The notes under the pieces were generated by a model. The model was not told the origin of the DNA. It did not search any database and saw nothing but the letters and a program-made list of their open reading frames with translations. Of a stretch of 64,000 bases of DNA, positions 1-12,077 are shown in pieces. The translations under genes and the position numbers were made by a program. The stretch comes from Balamuthia mandrillaris. Lineage: Eukaryota. Within the stretch, counting starts at the first letter, position 1. Every line of letters starts with the position of its first letter. The stretch covers positions 372,001-436,000 of the forward strand of contig JAVKOQ020000010.1 in the NCBI GenBank assembly GCA_031835245.2. The letters are read 5' to 3'.

Positions 1-1907
1 TTTTTATCTTGTTTTCTTTCTCCTCGCGAACCTTTCATCTCATCCTTTGTTTGATAAACAGTCCGGAGATGCTGTCATGGATGAACGAAGTGGTGGAGTA
101 CTCCGCCAGCCAATGGAACCGCGCCGTCTTCATCAAGTGCCACTGTTCCACAGGACAAACCTGTGCGGAGTTTAAGGATCCCATCACGGGCAAACCCCTG
201 AACTTCAACTTCCTGCCCTATTTCGCTGATGCTCGCTTGGGAGTGCTCCCTCACACCGTGCAGTTTTACAACTTCACCCAGCCAGCTCCCACCTATGGCA
301 ACCGCAACTTCAAGGGGATGTTGCAGTTCTTGGAGGAAAACCTGGGGAAGAGGCCTGTGGTGTACCATGGAGAGACAGCGTATTGGGTGAACTTTGACAT
401 CGATGTGCCTCTCTTCTTGCCTCTCTTTGCTCAATCTCGAGTGGAGGATCTCCGCGCCATCGCCACACTAGAGAACCACCTCCACAACAACAACGAGCAC
501 CACAAGGAGAAGAAGGGGAGGAGGATGGAGGGACAGATGAACTTCAACAGTGGGTGGGAATGGGGGTATTGGTTGAATGATGTGGTGACGTTGAGGGGAG
601 CGTGGAATCCCTTGGTGGAGGAGCAGAGCACGAGCAGAGGAGCAGTGAAGCAGCTGTTGCAACCCTTGAGGAATGCATTTGGGGAGGTGATCGGGGAGGA
701 GTTAGTGGAGGTGTTGCTTGATGTGATGGAGGTGGAGGCGCACTTGTTGGTGGAGGGCTCAGTGGATGGAGGCAAGACAAGGCCTTCTTCGGTGGAGAAG
801 AGGAATGGGCAAGCTTATCTTCAAGGTTGGGACACGTGGTCTGATTTGACAAGCTTGGTATGTTTTGGCTTCCTTCTCGTTTTCATTTCTCTTCTCGGCT
901 TCTCTTGTTGGCTCTTATCTCTCCACTTCTTTTGCTTCTATCGTTCTCGCTTCATTTCGCTCCTCCTCGTTTGTCTTATCTCGCTCCCTATCTTTAGGTC
1001 AGCTCGAATGTAGTCACACAGCCTAACAAGTTGGGACTGCAATCAGCACTGAATCCTTGGAGCAATCCAAGCTACAACAAAGAGATAGCACCATTGTTGG
1101 AAGCCATGGCCCTGAACTTTACTGCTTTGGCAAACAGATTAGACGGATTGAGCGCATCCGTGCCCTCTTCTGTTCAAGACTTGTTTGACGAATTGCGGGA
1201 CTCCATCCAAATCACTGCTTCTCGTGCTGTTCAAAGTTTGTCTTGGCTTCATTTTTTAGCTTTCATGTTTATCTTTTTCTTGGCAAAGTACGTCTAACTT
1301 TGTTGTCTTGTTGCTTAGTTTACAGTCTTTATAATTACGCGGCGAGTTGGTACAAGTTCGATGCTGCATACAGACAGGCCCAGCTTCAAACGGCACAACA
1401 AGCCATCACCAAAGCCACCGCCATCGTGAGGAGCAGGGAAGCTGCCTATCGCGTTCCTGTGCAGCGTATTGCCGCTTGGCGAAAGAATCCCACCGTTTAT
1501 CATTATGGCTATCTTTGGACCGTTCACTCTCTCCAATACTTTTGTAAGCTCGCCTTTCATCTCTTCTCTCTCCCCCCTTTGTACTAAGGATTCTGTGCGT
1601 ACGACAGGGAGAGACTTTGGAATAGCAACATGGAAATCGACAGAAGCTGAACTGAGTCCATGCTATCTCAACTTCATTTCTCCTATTAATGTAGTCTTCG
1701 GAGAGGGCATATGGCAAAACATGACACAAGCAGTATACGACGTACATCGTTGCATCTATTTTTGATTGCTCCGTTTCAACTGAAACGTTTTTTTAACTTT
1801 CCTTCATTAACGCAAAATAGCTGTTAGAACGGTTCGACTGGACTCATTTCTTTGCTGATTGTTTGGAAGCTCCAACAAAGGAACCTCAATACCCTCGAGA
1901 CCTTTGA
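1..1907 (+). CDS. Conserved-looking hypothetical protein, multi-exon, 5' end outside the window
   Basis: Long globular coding exon ~62-857 (FIKCHCSTGQ, YHGETAYWVNFDIDVPLFLP, SGWEWGYWLND). GT-AG introns (e.g. 858-997) and further exons lead to ...EAPTKEPQYPRDL, TGA at 1905-1907. Family not recognised. Confidence 0.75.
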
Positions 1908-2949
1908 CCTTAAAGAACAATTTTACTGCACGTACGTTGGCTTGCATCTGTTGACTCCACCGTAGAAGTCAATGAAGCTCGCTTGGACATTTCAACACTT
2001 GTGTTGCTTCAGGAAAATCCATGCAGTCAACCATTCAGAGCAGAGAGAGAAATCGCTCCGACTTCTCCACACTTTTTTCTTCCTTTTCCCTGTCCTATAT
2101 TGCCTTAAAGACTGCTTTTCTCTTGTCTTGAAAAAAAAGCTTTGAACCTTCCCCAATACTACCACGAGAGCAGCCAACGTCCGCTTGCTCTCCCCCAATA
2201 AACGACACGCCTCAAGGCTGTTTTTTGTTAACGCCCCATCCGTAGTGTTACACGTTTTTGGCCCAGGGTATGTGAAGTATGTAAAGAATGATTGATACGC
2301 AAGGTATTTATGATACGATAATCACGTAAAAAATTTGAAGGATGTGAGCAATGCATGGTATGACAAGAATAACCTCTGGAAATTTCGTAGCCAGGCAAGA
2401 AGAAAGTACGAAGAAAAGAAAGAGGAATGGGCGTGAAAATCCCCCAGCGAGCTCCATGCGATGCTCGTGAAGTGCCAGGAGAAGCTCCAGCCTCGAACTT
2501 TGCCATTGGTCTGAACCCCTGGGATATGGAGTGTAATGCGCGCCAAAAAGGCAAGCCCTGCATGTTTTTCGGTTAGAGAACTTGGGTTTGGCTCGGCTGC
2601 TTGCTGCTCCCTCTCGTGCGTTGTCATTTTTTCTTTTTGGGCCCGTTCGACGATTGCGGTGGTGGGGTGTGTTTTTATCTGCTCCTCTTTTTTTTTTTTT
2701 CCTTTCTTTTCTGTTCTGTCCTCTTTATTTATTTTTGTCCCTCACTGTTGGTTTCATTATTCGTTTTTCTTTTTCTTTCTGTCACTTGTTTCAAGAAAAA
2801 AATTAATAGTTCACCACTTCTTTTTTTGCTGTGCAGTACGTGCCTTCTTCCTCTCCTTCTTCTCGTTCTTCTTCTCTCATCTGGTAGTTCGTTTTTGTTG
2901 AAACAACTTCTCTCTCTCACCTTCTTGCAAACCAAACAGCAAAACAAAA

Positions 2950-3897
2950 ATGTCTCTGGCCAAAGTCGAGCAAGCTGTCGAACAACAATTGAAGAACCAC
3001 AACGACATTGTGGACGTGGAGGTGACTCCTCCTCCTTCTTGCTCCAATGGGTTGCCTCCTTGTCCCTCTGAAGAAATGGTGGCCAAGAAGAAAGAGGTTC
3101 ACTTCATGGACGACCATGGTCATGACGAGGGGCAAAAGCCTTCTTCTGCCCCCTCCCCCACGACTCCCGCCACGAATGCGGACAAAGCCAAGGAAAGACC
3201 CTTCGTCGAGGATCCCAGCAACAATGACAACCATGAGACGAACGGCGTGGACAACAGCAACAGCAAAAACAACAAAAAACGCAGCAATAACAGAGGAAGA
3301 AACGCGAAGAAGCAACCACAGCCACAACAGAAGAAGGGGTGGTTCGACAGGTTGAAGAGGAAAGAATCTCTTACCAGCGTACCTCCAGAGGAGGCCAAGG
3401 AGAAGAAAGAGAAGAAGGAGGACGAGTCCTACTATGGAATCGAAGTGATAGAAGAACGAGAACCATCTTGGATACAAGACGCAGACCAACCACCACACCC
3501 TGTGGCTGACTTGTTGCCTCCTCATCACTTGGACATGGAAGAGACCGCCTCTTCTTCTTGCAACGGTCATAACCCTTCTGACAAAGAAAAACAAGTCGAA
3601 ATGGATGGAGACGTGAAGGAAGGAGACGCAACCAAGGGCGCTTCGGACATTCCCAACGACAATAGCCTCGACAACAACCTCAGAGAAGCAACGGCAGAGG
3701 ACATTCCTAAACACTTGGAACGTCTTCCAGGAGTGCCGTTGCCTCCGTTCCCTGATGAGGAGGAAGAGGCACTGAAGCGCGGCGAAGTGGTCCATCATCA
3801 GATCAACGATGGTTCGGCCGGTGGCAGACAAGGAAAGGGGCTTGGCTCTCGTTTCGTGGATTGGGTCAAGTCCTATCTTTACTGTGGTCCTCAGTAA
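2950..3897 (+). CDS. Hypothetical acidic/low-complexity protein, 315 aa, single exon
   Basis: ATG after an A-rich leader, open 315-codon frame, mostly disordered composition. KKKEVHF (RVxF-like) motif and amphipathic C-terminus FVDWVKSYLYCGPQ. Confidence 0.7.
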   Translation: MSLAKVEQAVEQQLKNHNDIVDVEVTPPPSCSNGLPPCPSEEMVAKKKEVHFMDDHGHDEGQKPSSAPSPTTPATNADKAKERPFVEDPSNNDNHETNGVDNSNSKNNKKRSNNRGRNAKKQPQPQQKKGWFDRLKRKESLTSVPPEEAKEKKEKKEDESYYGIEVIEEREPSWIQDADQPPHPVADLLPPHHLDMEETASSSCNGHNPSDKEKQVEMDGDVKEGDATKGASDIPNDNSLDNNLREATAEDIPKHLERLPGVPLPPFPDEEEEALKRGEVVHHQINDGSAGGRQGKGLGSRFVDWVKSYLYCGPQ

Positions 3898-4041
3898 ACG
3901 TAAACGCATTGCCCTCACAACGAGTTCTCATCAAGAAAGACTTTCTTTGCTTTGTTTGTTTTGTTCAAAAAATAAAAATAAAAAAACTCTTTGCTGTACA
4001 ATCTCTTCTTTACTTCACGATGAAGCGCTGATGTTTAAACG

Positions 4042-4949
4042 TTAGTTAGCCAAAAGCTGAATCTCTTCGATCAAGTCCTCCACTCCAAAGTCGATAACGT
4101 CCACCTCCTCGCTGGTCGCATCAACCGCCGAAGTCTCAAAGCAAGCTCGAAGTCTATCCATTTCATCCTTCTCGTCATCTTCGCTATCATCCTCGTCTTT
4201 CTTCTGTTTGTTTTTGGTGAGAAAAGGGACAAGTTTTAAGAACAAACAAACAAAAAAACCTTGTGCAGGGACGGTCGTGTGTCGTAAGAGCAACTGTCAG
4301 CCAGGAACGAAGAAAAGTCATCCTCTTGGTCCAGCGTAACGGAAAGCGCCTTTGGAGTAGGGTAGAGGCCGATAAATGGGGACATGGCATGGACGTTCCA
4401 ATCCTTGGGAAGGTCCACGCAGTCCTTTTCCACGGTGGGCAGGTAGCTGCGCGAATGGTACTCAGGCCAGCTCTGCTCCACGTCTTCCACCTGCTCCGCC
4501 ACCTGCAGCACCGACAACTTGGAGGAGACCCGCTTGCTGGCATGTGCGTTGGGTTGTTTGTTCGATGCCCCTTTCAGAGTTTTTCTTGGGAGTGATTGAA
4601 GCCCTTTGGTCTTGTTCGGAGTCGGCCGGTTCACGCTCAAAGGTTGTGGTTGTTTGTTGGCGGGTTTGAGTCGGGTGTTGTTGTTTGGGGTGGCACGACC
4701 CTCTTCTTGGTTGGTCAGGTTGCCCAAGGCTTGTCTCTTCTTGGGCGTCGTGAGAGTGCTGTCGGTGCCTGAAACAAAGGCCTTGCTGGCTGCCGCGCCA
4801 CGTGGAGGACGATGGCTGGTGCTTCCTCCTTTCAAAGGCAGCATGGCACCCGTCTTGCCCGACCCGACACGGCGGGTGGTCGAAGGAAGGTTTTCCTTGT
4901 CCACATCGTTGGGAAGAAAGCTTGTCAACGGCGTATCCAACTCAAACAT
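4042..4949 (-). CDS. APC/C-substrate protein with KEN box and D-box; securin-like candidate, 2 exons
   Basis: ATG 4949; DKENL (~4898-4890); D-box RQALGNLTN (~4736-4710); DVEQSWP (~4484-4464); intron ~4259-4204; acidic tail; TAA 4044-4042. Confidence 0.6.
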
Positions 4950-5023
4950 CCTTTCGTACTTTCTTCCTTCCTTTGTACTTTTTGGTTTGGCCACCACAGC
5001 GACTCTTTCTTTTATATTTTTGG

Positions 5024-5053
5024 TTTAAACCGTTATCTGCGTTTTGGCGGGAA
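5024..5053 (-). promoter_or_regulatory. Cluster of cell-cycle-type promoter motifs: E2F-like, Myb/MSA-like, CHR-like
   Basis: TTTGGCGGGAA at 5043-5053 (+). TAACGG directly followed by TTTAAA on the minus strand at 5035-5024. Located 75-105 nt upstream of the KEN/D-box gene ATG. Confidence 0.4.
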
Positions 5054-5172
5054 CAATCCGTCGACAAAAATTTACTGTCTACATATAATAAGTCGACAAA
5101 TTTGATGCAGTATCTCATGACGACGTGCTAGAGAGCAAAAGTTCGCTGAGCGGGCCTCGGTGCACCGGTTTG

Positions 5173-8100
5173 TTAGCTGCTGGAATCGAGGTTCATCTTG
5201 CGAATGGCCTCCGTGTCAAACTTGGGCAGTCGGGTGGAAACCTGTTTGGCCAGCCTTGCTTCCGTCCCAACCGAAATATGCTCTGAGCCAGGCACTAGCA
5301 AGGCAGAGAGATTGTAAGTTATTTCTGTTTTTCTTGAGAAAGAATAAAAAAAACGTACTGATGAGCTCCGTTCTTCCGTTCCTGATCTTTCTGAACCGGG
5401 TGCTGGTGCGCATGGAGAGAGCCAACTGCTTGACCGTTCCCTGGCCCTTGCCCTCCGTCAGCAGGTCGTTGACGAGGCTGTCCACGTCGACGTTCCTCGG
5501 CCCTCTCTTGCTCTCCGCCTCAAAGTCGTTGAGGAGCATGCTCGTGTTGCGGTTGATGGTGCGCGGCCTAGCGCTGTTTGGCCGAAGGTCCTCTGAGACG
5601 CCGCTTGGGGCCTCCACTTCTTTCACGTCCAGAATAGAGCGCTTCACCGATCTGTTTTGTTTGGATCAGTAACAAGAGAGAGGGAGGAGAGAGGAGCGAG
5701 GAAGAGGGAGAACGTACTGGTTTCGGATCAAGGAGGGTCTCTCTTTGTTGGGCGAGGAGGGAAGAATAGCAGATCCTCCCCCTCCTTCCTTCCTCTCCTT
5801 CTTCTCCTTCTTCTTCTTGGCCTCCTCCTTCTTCAACTTGGCCAACTCCTTCTTCTTCTTGGCTGCTTCCTCCTTCTTCAACTTGGCCAACCTCTTCTTC
5901 TCCAGCAGTTCCTTCTTGCGTTGCAATGCTTGCTCCTTCTTCTTCAGCGCTTCCTCTTTCCTTCGCAGCGTGATGTTGTACTTAACGGCCGTTTGGAAGC
6001 TTTGCGTGAACTTGTCCCAGTCGCTGAAGAAGCCGCCCATATCGTCCGTCGCCTTTTCGCCAAAGTATTGCACTTGTTGCTTAAAGTCCTCATCCTTCTT
6101 AGCCAGTTTGTCCAACCGTGGTTGCAGATCGTCACTCCATTTCTAGTTTATTTATTTCAAGAAGGAACATATTAATAAAGCAGAAAAATGAGGAAGGAAA
6201 GAAAAACAGAAACATAACACAGAAGAGAGAGAGAGAGAGAGAGAGAGAGGAGTGAGGGCGAGGTACAGATAAATAAGTTATCCATCGTTCATTTTTCTCT
6301 TTTTTGGCTTCCTCAAGTTCGGTTTTCAACATGGAAAAGTCTTTGCGAATAAACGATGTTTCCACTTGCAGCGACTCCACCGCTATATGTAAAGGAAAAC
6401 GTCGTTAACAACTGTTCTTTTCGCGCAACAGAAGAGAAAAGAGACCTTGTTTAGCTTCCTGGATGTGCGCAAGCTCATCAGGGAAAAGCAACAACTCGGG
6501 GAAGTTGCTCTCCACCAGGCTAGCGATGTGATGTAGCAAACTGTATTTGGGTCGCACGTTGGATTGCACATCGTTCAACTGAAGTGAAACGAAATTAGCC
6601 ATTAAAGGTTTTCTCAAAGCATAGAAATGCAGAAAACAAGCAATCAATCAAGAAAAAGCACCTTAAGTAAACTGCTGAGTTTGAAGCCATGGCACTGGGT
6701 TCGCGGATTGTTGAGGTAGTTACCCACAGCCAAAGCAATTTCCAAAACTTTAGCTAATTTGTCGCTCTTGAGCTCTTCTAATGCTGTTTCTACTGTTCTA
6801 GCGTTCTGAAGAAATAAAAAGCATTAACACAGTAATTTCTTTTCAAAACCAGAAAAAGAGATAAACCTCTTCGGCCTCCGCCAGTTTCTCTTTCGCTTCT
6901 TCTATGAACAACAGCACGGAGATCTTTTCTCGCACCCGGGGCACTTGGGTCATGAACTATTATTTATTGCAGAGAGAGAGAGAGAGACTATCAGATTGCT
7001 AAGGGAGGAGAGAGAATAAGAAAGAGTGAGAAGACATACGGTATGCAACGTTTTTTCTGGAACAGTCAGTTCATCAGGGTTACCTTGGAAGGAAGTCATT
7101 TTATCTTTCTATTGTTGTAAAAGAAAGATTCCCGCAAAGAGAGGTTAGTCTTACTGAGTTTGGAGAAAAAGAACAACCACAAAAACGACAAGGAGAGAGA
7201 GAGAGAGAGAGAGATGAAAGCGGTACCTCTTCGTCGTATTGCTTGTATGGGAAAAGGTTACGCAATTCACTCATGGTCTTCGCGCTGACAAACTTTGTAT
7301 CTATTTCATTAATGGCTTTACAAATATCGGCAGGTGATTGTGGGAATCGATGCATGACAATAGCTACATAAAGCATTAACACTTGTTAATAATTTTAATA
7401 CAGAATGGAGAGAGGGAAACACGTACAAATAATGTTACAACGCTGGTTATCAAGCAGAGTAGCCCTTTTCTCAGAGGCAGAAGCAGTACGAATGGTAGAA
7501 CCGGGAGAGCCAGCAGGTCCGCCGGCCGCACCAGGTATACCTCCAATAATGGTACCGCCAGGACCCTTCTTGGGCTCCTTCTTCTTTAAAGCGAACACCT
7601 GTTCTATCTCCGAGGTGTCAATGAGATTCTTATCTATCAGCTTCAAAGGTTTCATCTTCTCAAAGACAGTGCCTTTGGTCTGTGGGGGAGGGATCTGATT
7701 CCACCTCCAAGGTAACATGGGAGGGCGATCAGGGTCTTGGAAGGAGGGACCAGCGGAAGGTCCACCCATGCCAGGCGGAGGAGGAGGACCAGGAGGAGGA
7801 GGACCGCCACCGGGTGGAGGAGGAGGGGCGCCACCAGGGGGAGGGGGCGGACCGCCCATAGGAGGAGGAGGAGCATTGGTAGCTTCCGGAGGGGGAGGTG
7901 GTGGCGAAGCCGAGGAGGGGTCTTCGGCGCCGTTTTCTTTGGCGGGAGCGCTGAGGTCAACACGAACGCCGGTGGTTTCCTTCATGAACGCAGCTAAAAC
8001 GTGTTCATATGTGATTCCCGATGCTTAAAAAGGGAGTGAGAGAGTGGAGAGCGAGGAAGTGAGAAGTTGCTTTGGGAAACAAGGAGAAAGAAAACAAGAG

Positions 8101-10258
8101 ATGGAGACGTACTGTTGCCCATCAGATCAAACTGACGCACTAACTTCTCGATGATGTTCCAAATCTTTTGAGCCAATTCTTTGTTGTCGATGGAGAGACC
8201 GAGATGAAGGAAGGAGTGAAGAATGGACATAAATGTCTTCTCCAGCTCCGTCCCGCGCATGAGGTCCCATAACGTCTTGATGATCTCCAAGGGCTTGTCT
8301 GGGGCATCAGGACTGCCATCCGAGGACATGCTCTTCATTCGGTTCTTCAGTTCAAGGCCATCGTTCTCTAGTTCCTCGTCCCAAGTCAGGCAAACCTCTT
8401 GCAGCTCCTCATTGTCAGCGTAACGAGACTTCAAGTCCTGCAGCACATCAGCGATGTTCTCATTCATAAAGTCATCTGTACATTTTAAACGAATGGTTAC
8501 TCTCCGCATGGCTTATTTACAATATGTACACTTGTGTAGTTTGTTTCTGTTTCTTTTTTAAAGCGTTTGTAACGCACTGCTTTTTTTTTTTTGTTTATGT
8601 TTGCGTTCTGTGTTTTCAACTTGATGTTTCCTGTTTCTCTGTTGCTCAGGTTCCCAATTATTTGGTTCTGTCGCTTATTTTCTAATTGATTCCATCTATC
8701 TCTTTTTTCTTGGTTTTGCTTTTTTTCTGATTATAAAATTATTCCTTCTGTTTCCATTTCCTATAGTACCACTCGTTTTGCGTTTACATCTTTCGCTATT
8801 TGGGATTTTTTCTATCTGTTTCTCTTTCTGTTTCCCAATTAATTTTATCCGTTATCTTCATTTGTTTCTTTTTTTTTCTTTTCTTTCTCTTTTTCTATTT
8901 CTGTTTGTTTTGTTTCTTTGTTCCGTGTTGTCGCTTTAAAAAAAAAACCACGTACCTCTCACTTTTACTCGCTCTTCGATGCTTCCGGATTGTACGAGCA
9001 TGGTGTTGATAAACGTCATGAAAGCAAGCTTATAGTCCATGTCTTTGCCATCATCCAATTCTTCTATCAACGCCCGAAAGTCTCTTGGCTTTGCCACATG
9101 ATACACGTGAACTGCTTCCGTCACTAGTCTTTGTTGTTTTGGTCGTTAAGCGAGAACCAAGGCGAAAGAGAGGGAGAGGGAGAGGGAGAGAGAGAGAGAG
9201 AGAGAGAGAGCACGCAAGCGAGGGAACAAGAGATAACCAGCGGAGTGAAAAAAGGAAGAGGATAAGAGAGAAAAGAGAAGATAAGAGAAGAGGGAAGACA
9301 TACTCCCATGTATCTTGTGAAAGGAGGAGGATGGCTGCCAATAATTCAAAGACTAAACACTTTTTGTCGGTTGGAATGAATGACAGACAAAATACAATTG
9401 TTTGGAAGCCGCCTCGTATGTTCTGTAGCTCTTTCAAGCCAGCCTAACGTACAAAAAGTCAATTACAGATAACGATAAAACAAAAAAACAGAAGTGATTA
9501 CCCCTCCATTATTAATCATTTCTACAATACAAGCAAGGATGAGTTCCAACAACGCTTGGTCTTTTTCTTCACGTCGGAAGGACCTATTATAGTCACGTTA
9601 GCGTGTGTAAAAGACGTCCTCTTTCTCTCTGCTTTCTCCAGTTCTATTGCTCACGTACCCCAAAAGATAGCTGTAGTAAGCCAAAGAGTCATATAGCCAA
9701 TAAACACCGTTACACTGCACAAAGTCTTGCACAAAGTCACTATCACTGGAAAGTTTGTCGCAAAGGCGGTCCAATCCAGACAGATCCATCTCTCTCGTTC
9801 TCAGCTTTTCAATCATGAGCAACACGTCCGAGTCGAGGTCAGGCGAGTCAGAATAGGCGGAGATCTTTGCTCCTTTCTTAGCAAAGGTCCAAGCCATCTT
9901 TTCCGCTCGGCTTTCTTCTCCAGGAGGTAAACCGATGGCATCCTTTTAAATAAAAAGCATGAGTTTGGTACTAAAGGAACAAACGAATTCGTGAAGAACG
10001 AAAAGAAGAAGAGGAAGAAGAAAAGCGAAGAACAAGAACAACAAGCCGAGGAAGGGACAGAGGCAGAGGAAAAACAAGCTCACGACAATACAAGAAAAAA
10101 AATAACGAATAAAAAGAAGGATGAATAGAGAACAAAAACAGATATCGTTTTCGCAAACTAGAAAGAGGCAAACAATGTAGAGCAAAAAAAGGGGAGCATA
10201 CCAAGTATCGCTCAAACTTGCGGTTAACCTCCGCTCTTTGTTTTGCTTTGGAGGCCAT
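5173..10258 (-). CDS. Diaphanous-related formin (GBD/FH3-FH1-FH2), multi-exon
   Basis: ATG 10258 (MASKAKQRAEVNRKFERYL); FH3 motif YKLAFMTFINTML; polyproline FH1 ~7900-7775; FH2 motifs WRWNQIP, LEIALAVGNYLN, GFKLSSLLKL, SLLHHIA; K/E-rich tail; last exon ends MNLDSSS, TAA 5175-5173. Confidence 0.92.
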
Positions 10259-11342
10259 TGTTAGGGCAGTTCAACTCAAAAACGTTGCTTTCTTTCGAGT
10301 ATCCCCTCTTTGCACAACAGGTGAGGCAGAGTTGCTTCTTCTTCTTCTTCAAACGCCGTCACTCACCAAAACCAGATACAAAAAAAATCCTGATTTGTAA
10401 TTATTTTTTTTTTACGGTCGGCAAAACGAAATGAGTTAAACTTCATCAACCTCTTTTTTTTTAATATTTTGTTGGCGACAACCTGTTGAAAGAAAAAACA
10501 AGAAGCCCTTTTCCCTCAATCGAAATCGATGCTCACTACGCGCAAAGGAAGGATTTTTCAGCAGCGGCGTTCCTTCCTTCTGCTACGTTATTCTTGTCTC
10601 CTTTTTTTTTTTTTAAATATTTTTGCATTCAGAAAAAAAATTTTATCGCGAATTATCAAAGATAAATTAGGAAGGACCCTCGCGAGTCATGAAATTTCGG
10701 GGAATAAACGATCGCCTTGAGAAATGAACGCGGCGAAGGAGGAGGCAGGTCGAGCGGTGAAATCGGACGGTGGCTGGCCTTAGCTGTCCCACCACGGGTC
10801 AAGTGTGGGCACAAAGAGAAGAAGAATCGGCGGTTGGATTCTTCGGCAGGCATTGTCGGTGCGAGGTAAAAACCCTTTCGTCAGCGTTGCTGTGGCAAAC
10901 ACCAAAACGTTCACGCTTCCAGGGCTGGACGGGTCCAAGAGGCAGGCTGCGCGTCCTTTCCCTGACCACCAGTGACTTTTGAACCGCAGCTCAACCCCAC
11001 ACACCACCCCTCGAAATGCGAAACAGTCTTCTCCATGAATGAGACCCTCTTGGCGTCCATTTCCTTGAAAGGTGGTTGTGCGCATTCCATGTGTGTTTCA
11101 AAGCGAGAGAGAGAGAGAGAAACACCATCCGTGCGCTCCCGTCGCTCCTTTTAGCGTGCGCCGTGCCGCTGAAACCGCGGTAATTTTCCCGTTTTCTGGG
11201 CTGACTTCTCCTGAAAAATAAGGAAATTCACGCGCTGGCGGTGGACCACCACCGCCAGCAAAACAAACAAAGGGCAGCAACAGGTAAAAACAAAAGTCCA
11301 AAGCAACTACGCGCACCACACAATCAACCGACCAGCGCAACC

Positions 11343-11730
11343 ATGTCCTCGAAACAAACCGCTCCGTCTTGTTGCAGTGGCTGTGCGTGCCTCTACTTTT
11401 TTTTTTTTGTTTGGGAGGGGGTGTGGTGTGGTGTGTTTGTTACCTGATGATAACTGACCTCTACGTTTAAAAAAAAAAAACAGCTTCCTGCGACTGTGGA
11501 CCCAGCTGCAGCTGTGGACCATCTTGCTCGGGCAAGCAGCAACAGGAAAAGAAGCAAGCTGCCAAGTCTACCAAAGGCTGCTCCAACAGTACGTTTCTTT
11601 TGTTTCTTGTGTTTGTTGGACAAAACTGACTGTGATCCTCTTTCTTCTTTCTTTGTTTGTTTTCCCCGCCAAAGGCAACTGCCCATGTGGCTCTGACTGC
11701 CAGTGCGGTTCGTCCTGTACTTGCAAGTGA
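11343..11730 (+). CDS. Metallothionein-like peptide, 66 aa, 14 Cys, 3 exons
   Basis: Exons 11343-11382, 11484-11588, 11675-11730 (201 nt, in frame, GT-AG) give MSSKQTAPSCCSGSSCDCGPSCSCGPSCSGKQQQEKKQAAKSTKGCSNSNCPCGSDCQCGSSCTCK. CxC/CC clusters, no aromatic residues. Confidence 0.88.
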
Positions 11731-12077
11731 GGAGAACAAGGCAACAGTTATTGGCAAAGAGGGCCTCAGTAACTTGTACCTCTACCCCTTGTCCGTTCCA
11801 TAAACTTACAAGTTTGCTTTTAAAAAAACAGTAAGCAGAGAGCGATAGAGAGAGAGAGCGAAGAGAGAGCGAGATCATGGAGGAGAGAATGAGTGAAAGA
11901 GAAAAGAGAGCGATGAAGCGTTGAGCGCGGGGAGAAGAGAGCATTCGCAGAGCGAGAAGCGATGAGCAGACAAAGGAAACACGACAAAGACAAGAAAACA
12001 ACTTAAACAGTAAGTTTTCTTTTTTTTTTTTCACTACAAACACATATTTAAAACAAGCTAGCATATCAGCAACTCGT

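Noticed and set aside
2917..3918. Long antisense ORFs (also 31714-32921, 34131-34916, 43091-43960)
   Set aside because: Shadow frames of biased coding sequence on the opposite strand.
10680..11080. GC-rich intergenic block as an ncRNA or gene relic (similar block at 2430-2570)
   Set aside because: No recognisable RNA motif, stable fold or convincing ORF.
11132..11138. Metal response element TGCGCTC upstream of the metallothionein
   Set aside because: A single 7-mer in a GC-containing promoter; MREs are defined for animal MTF-1.
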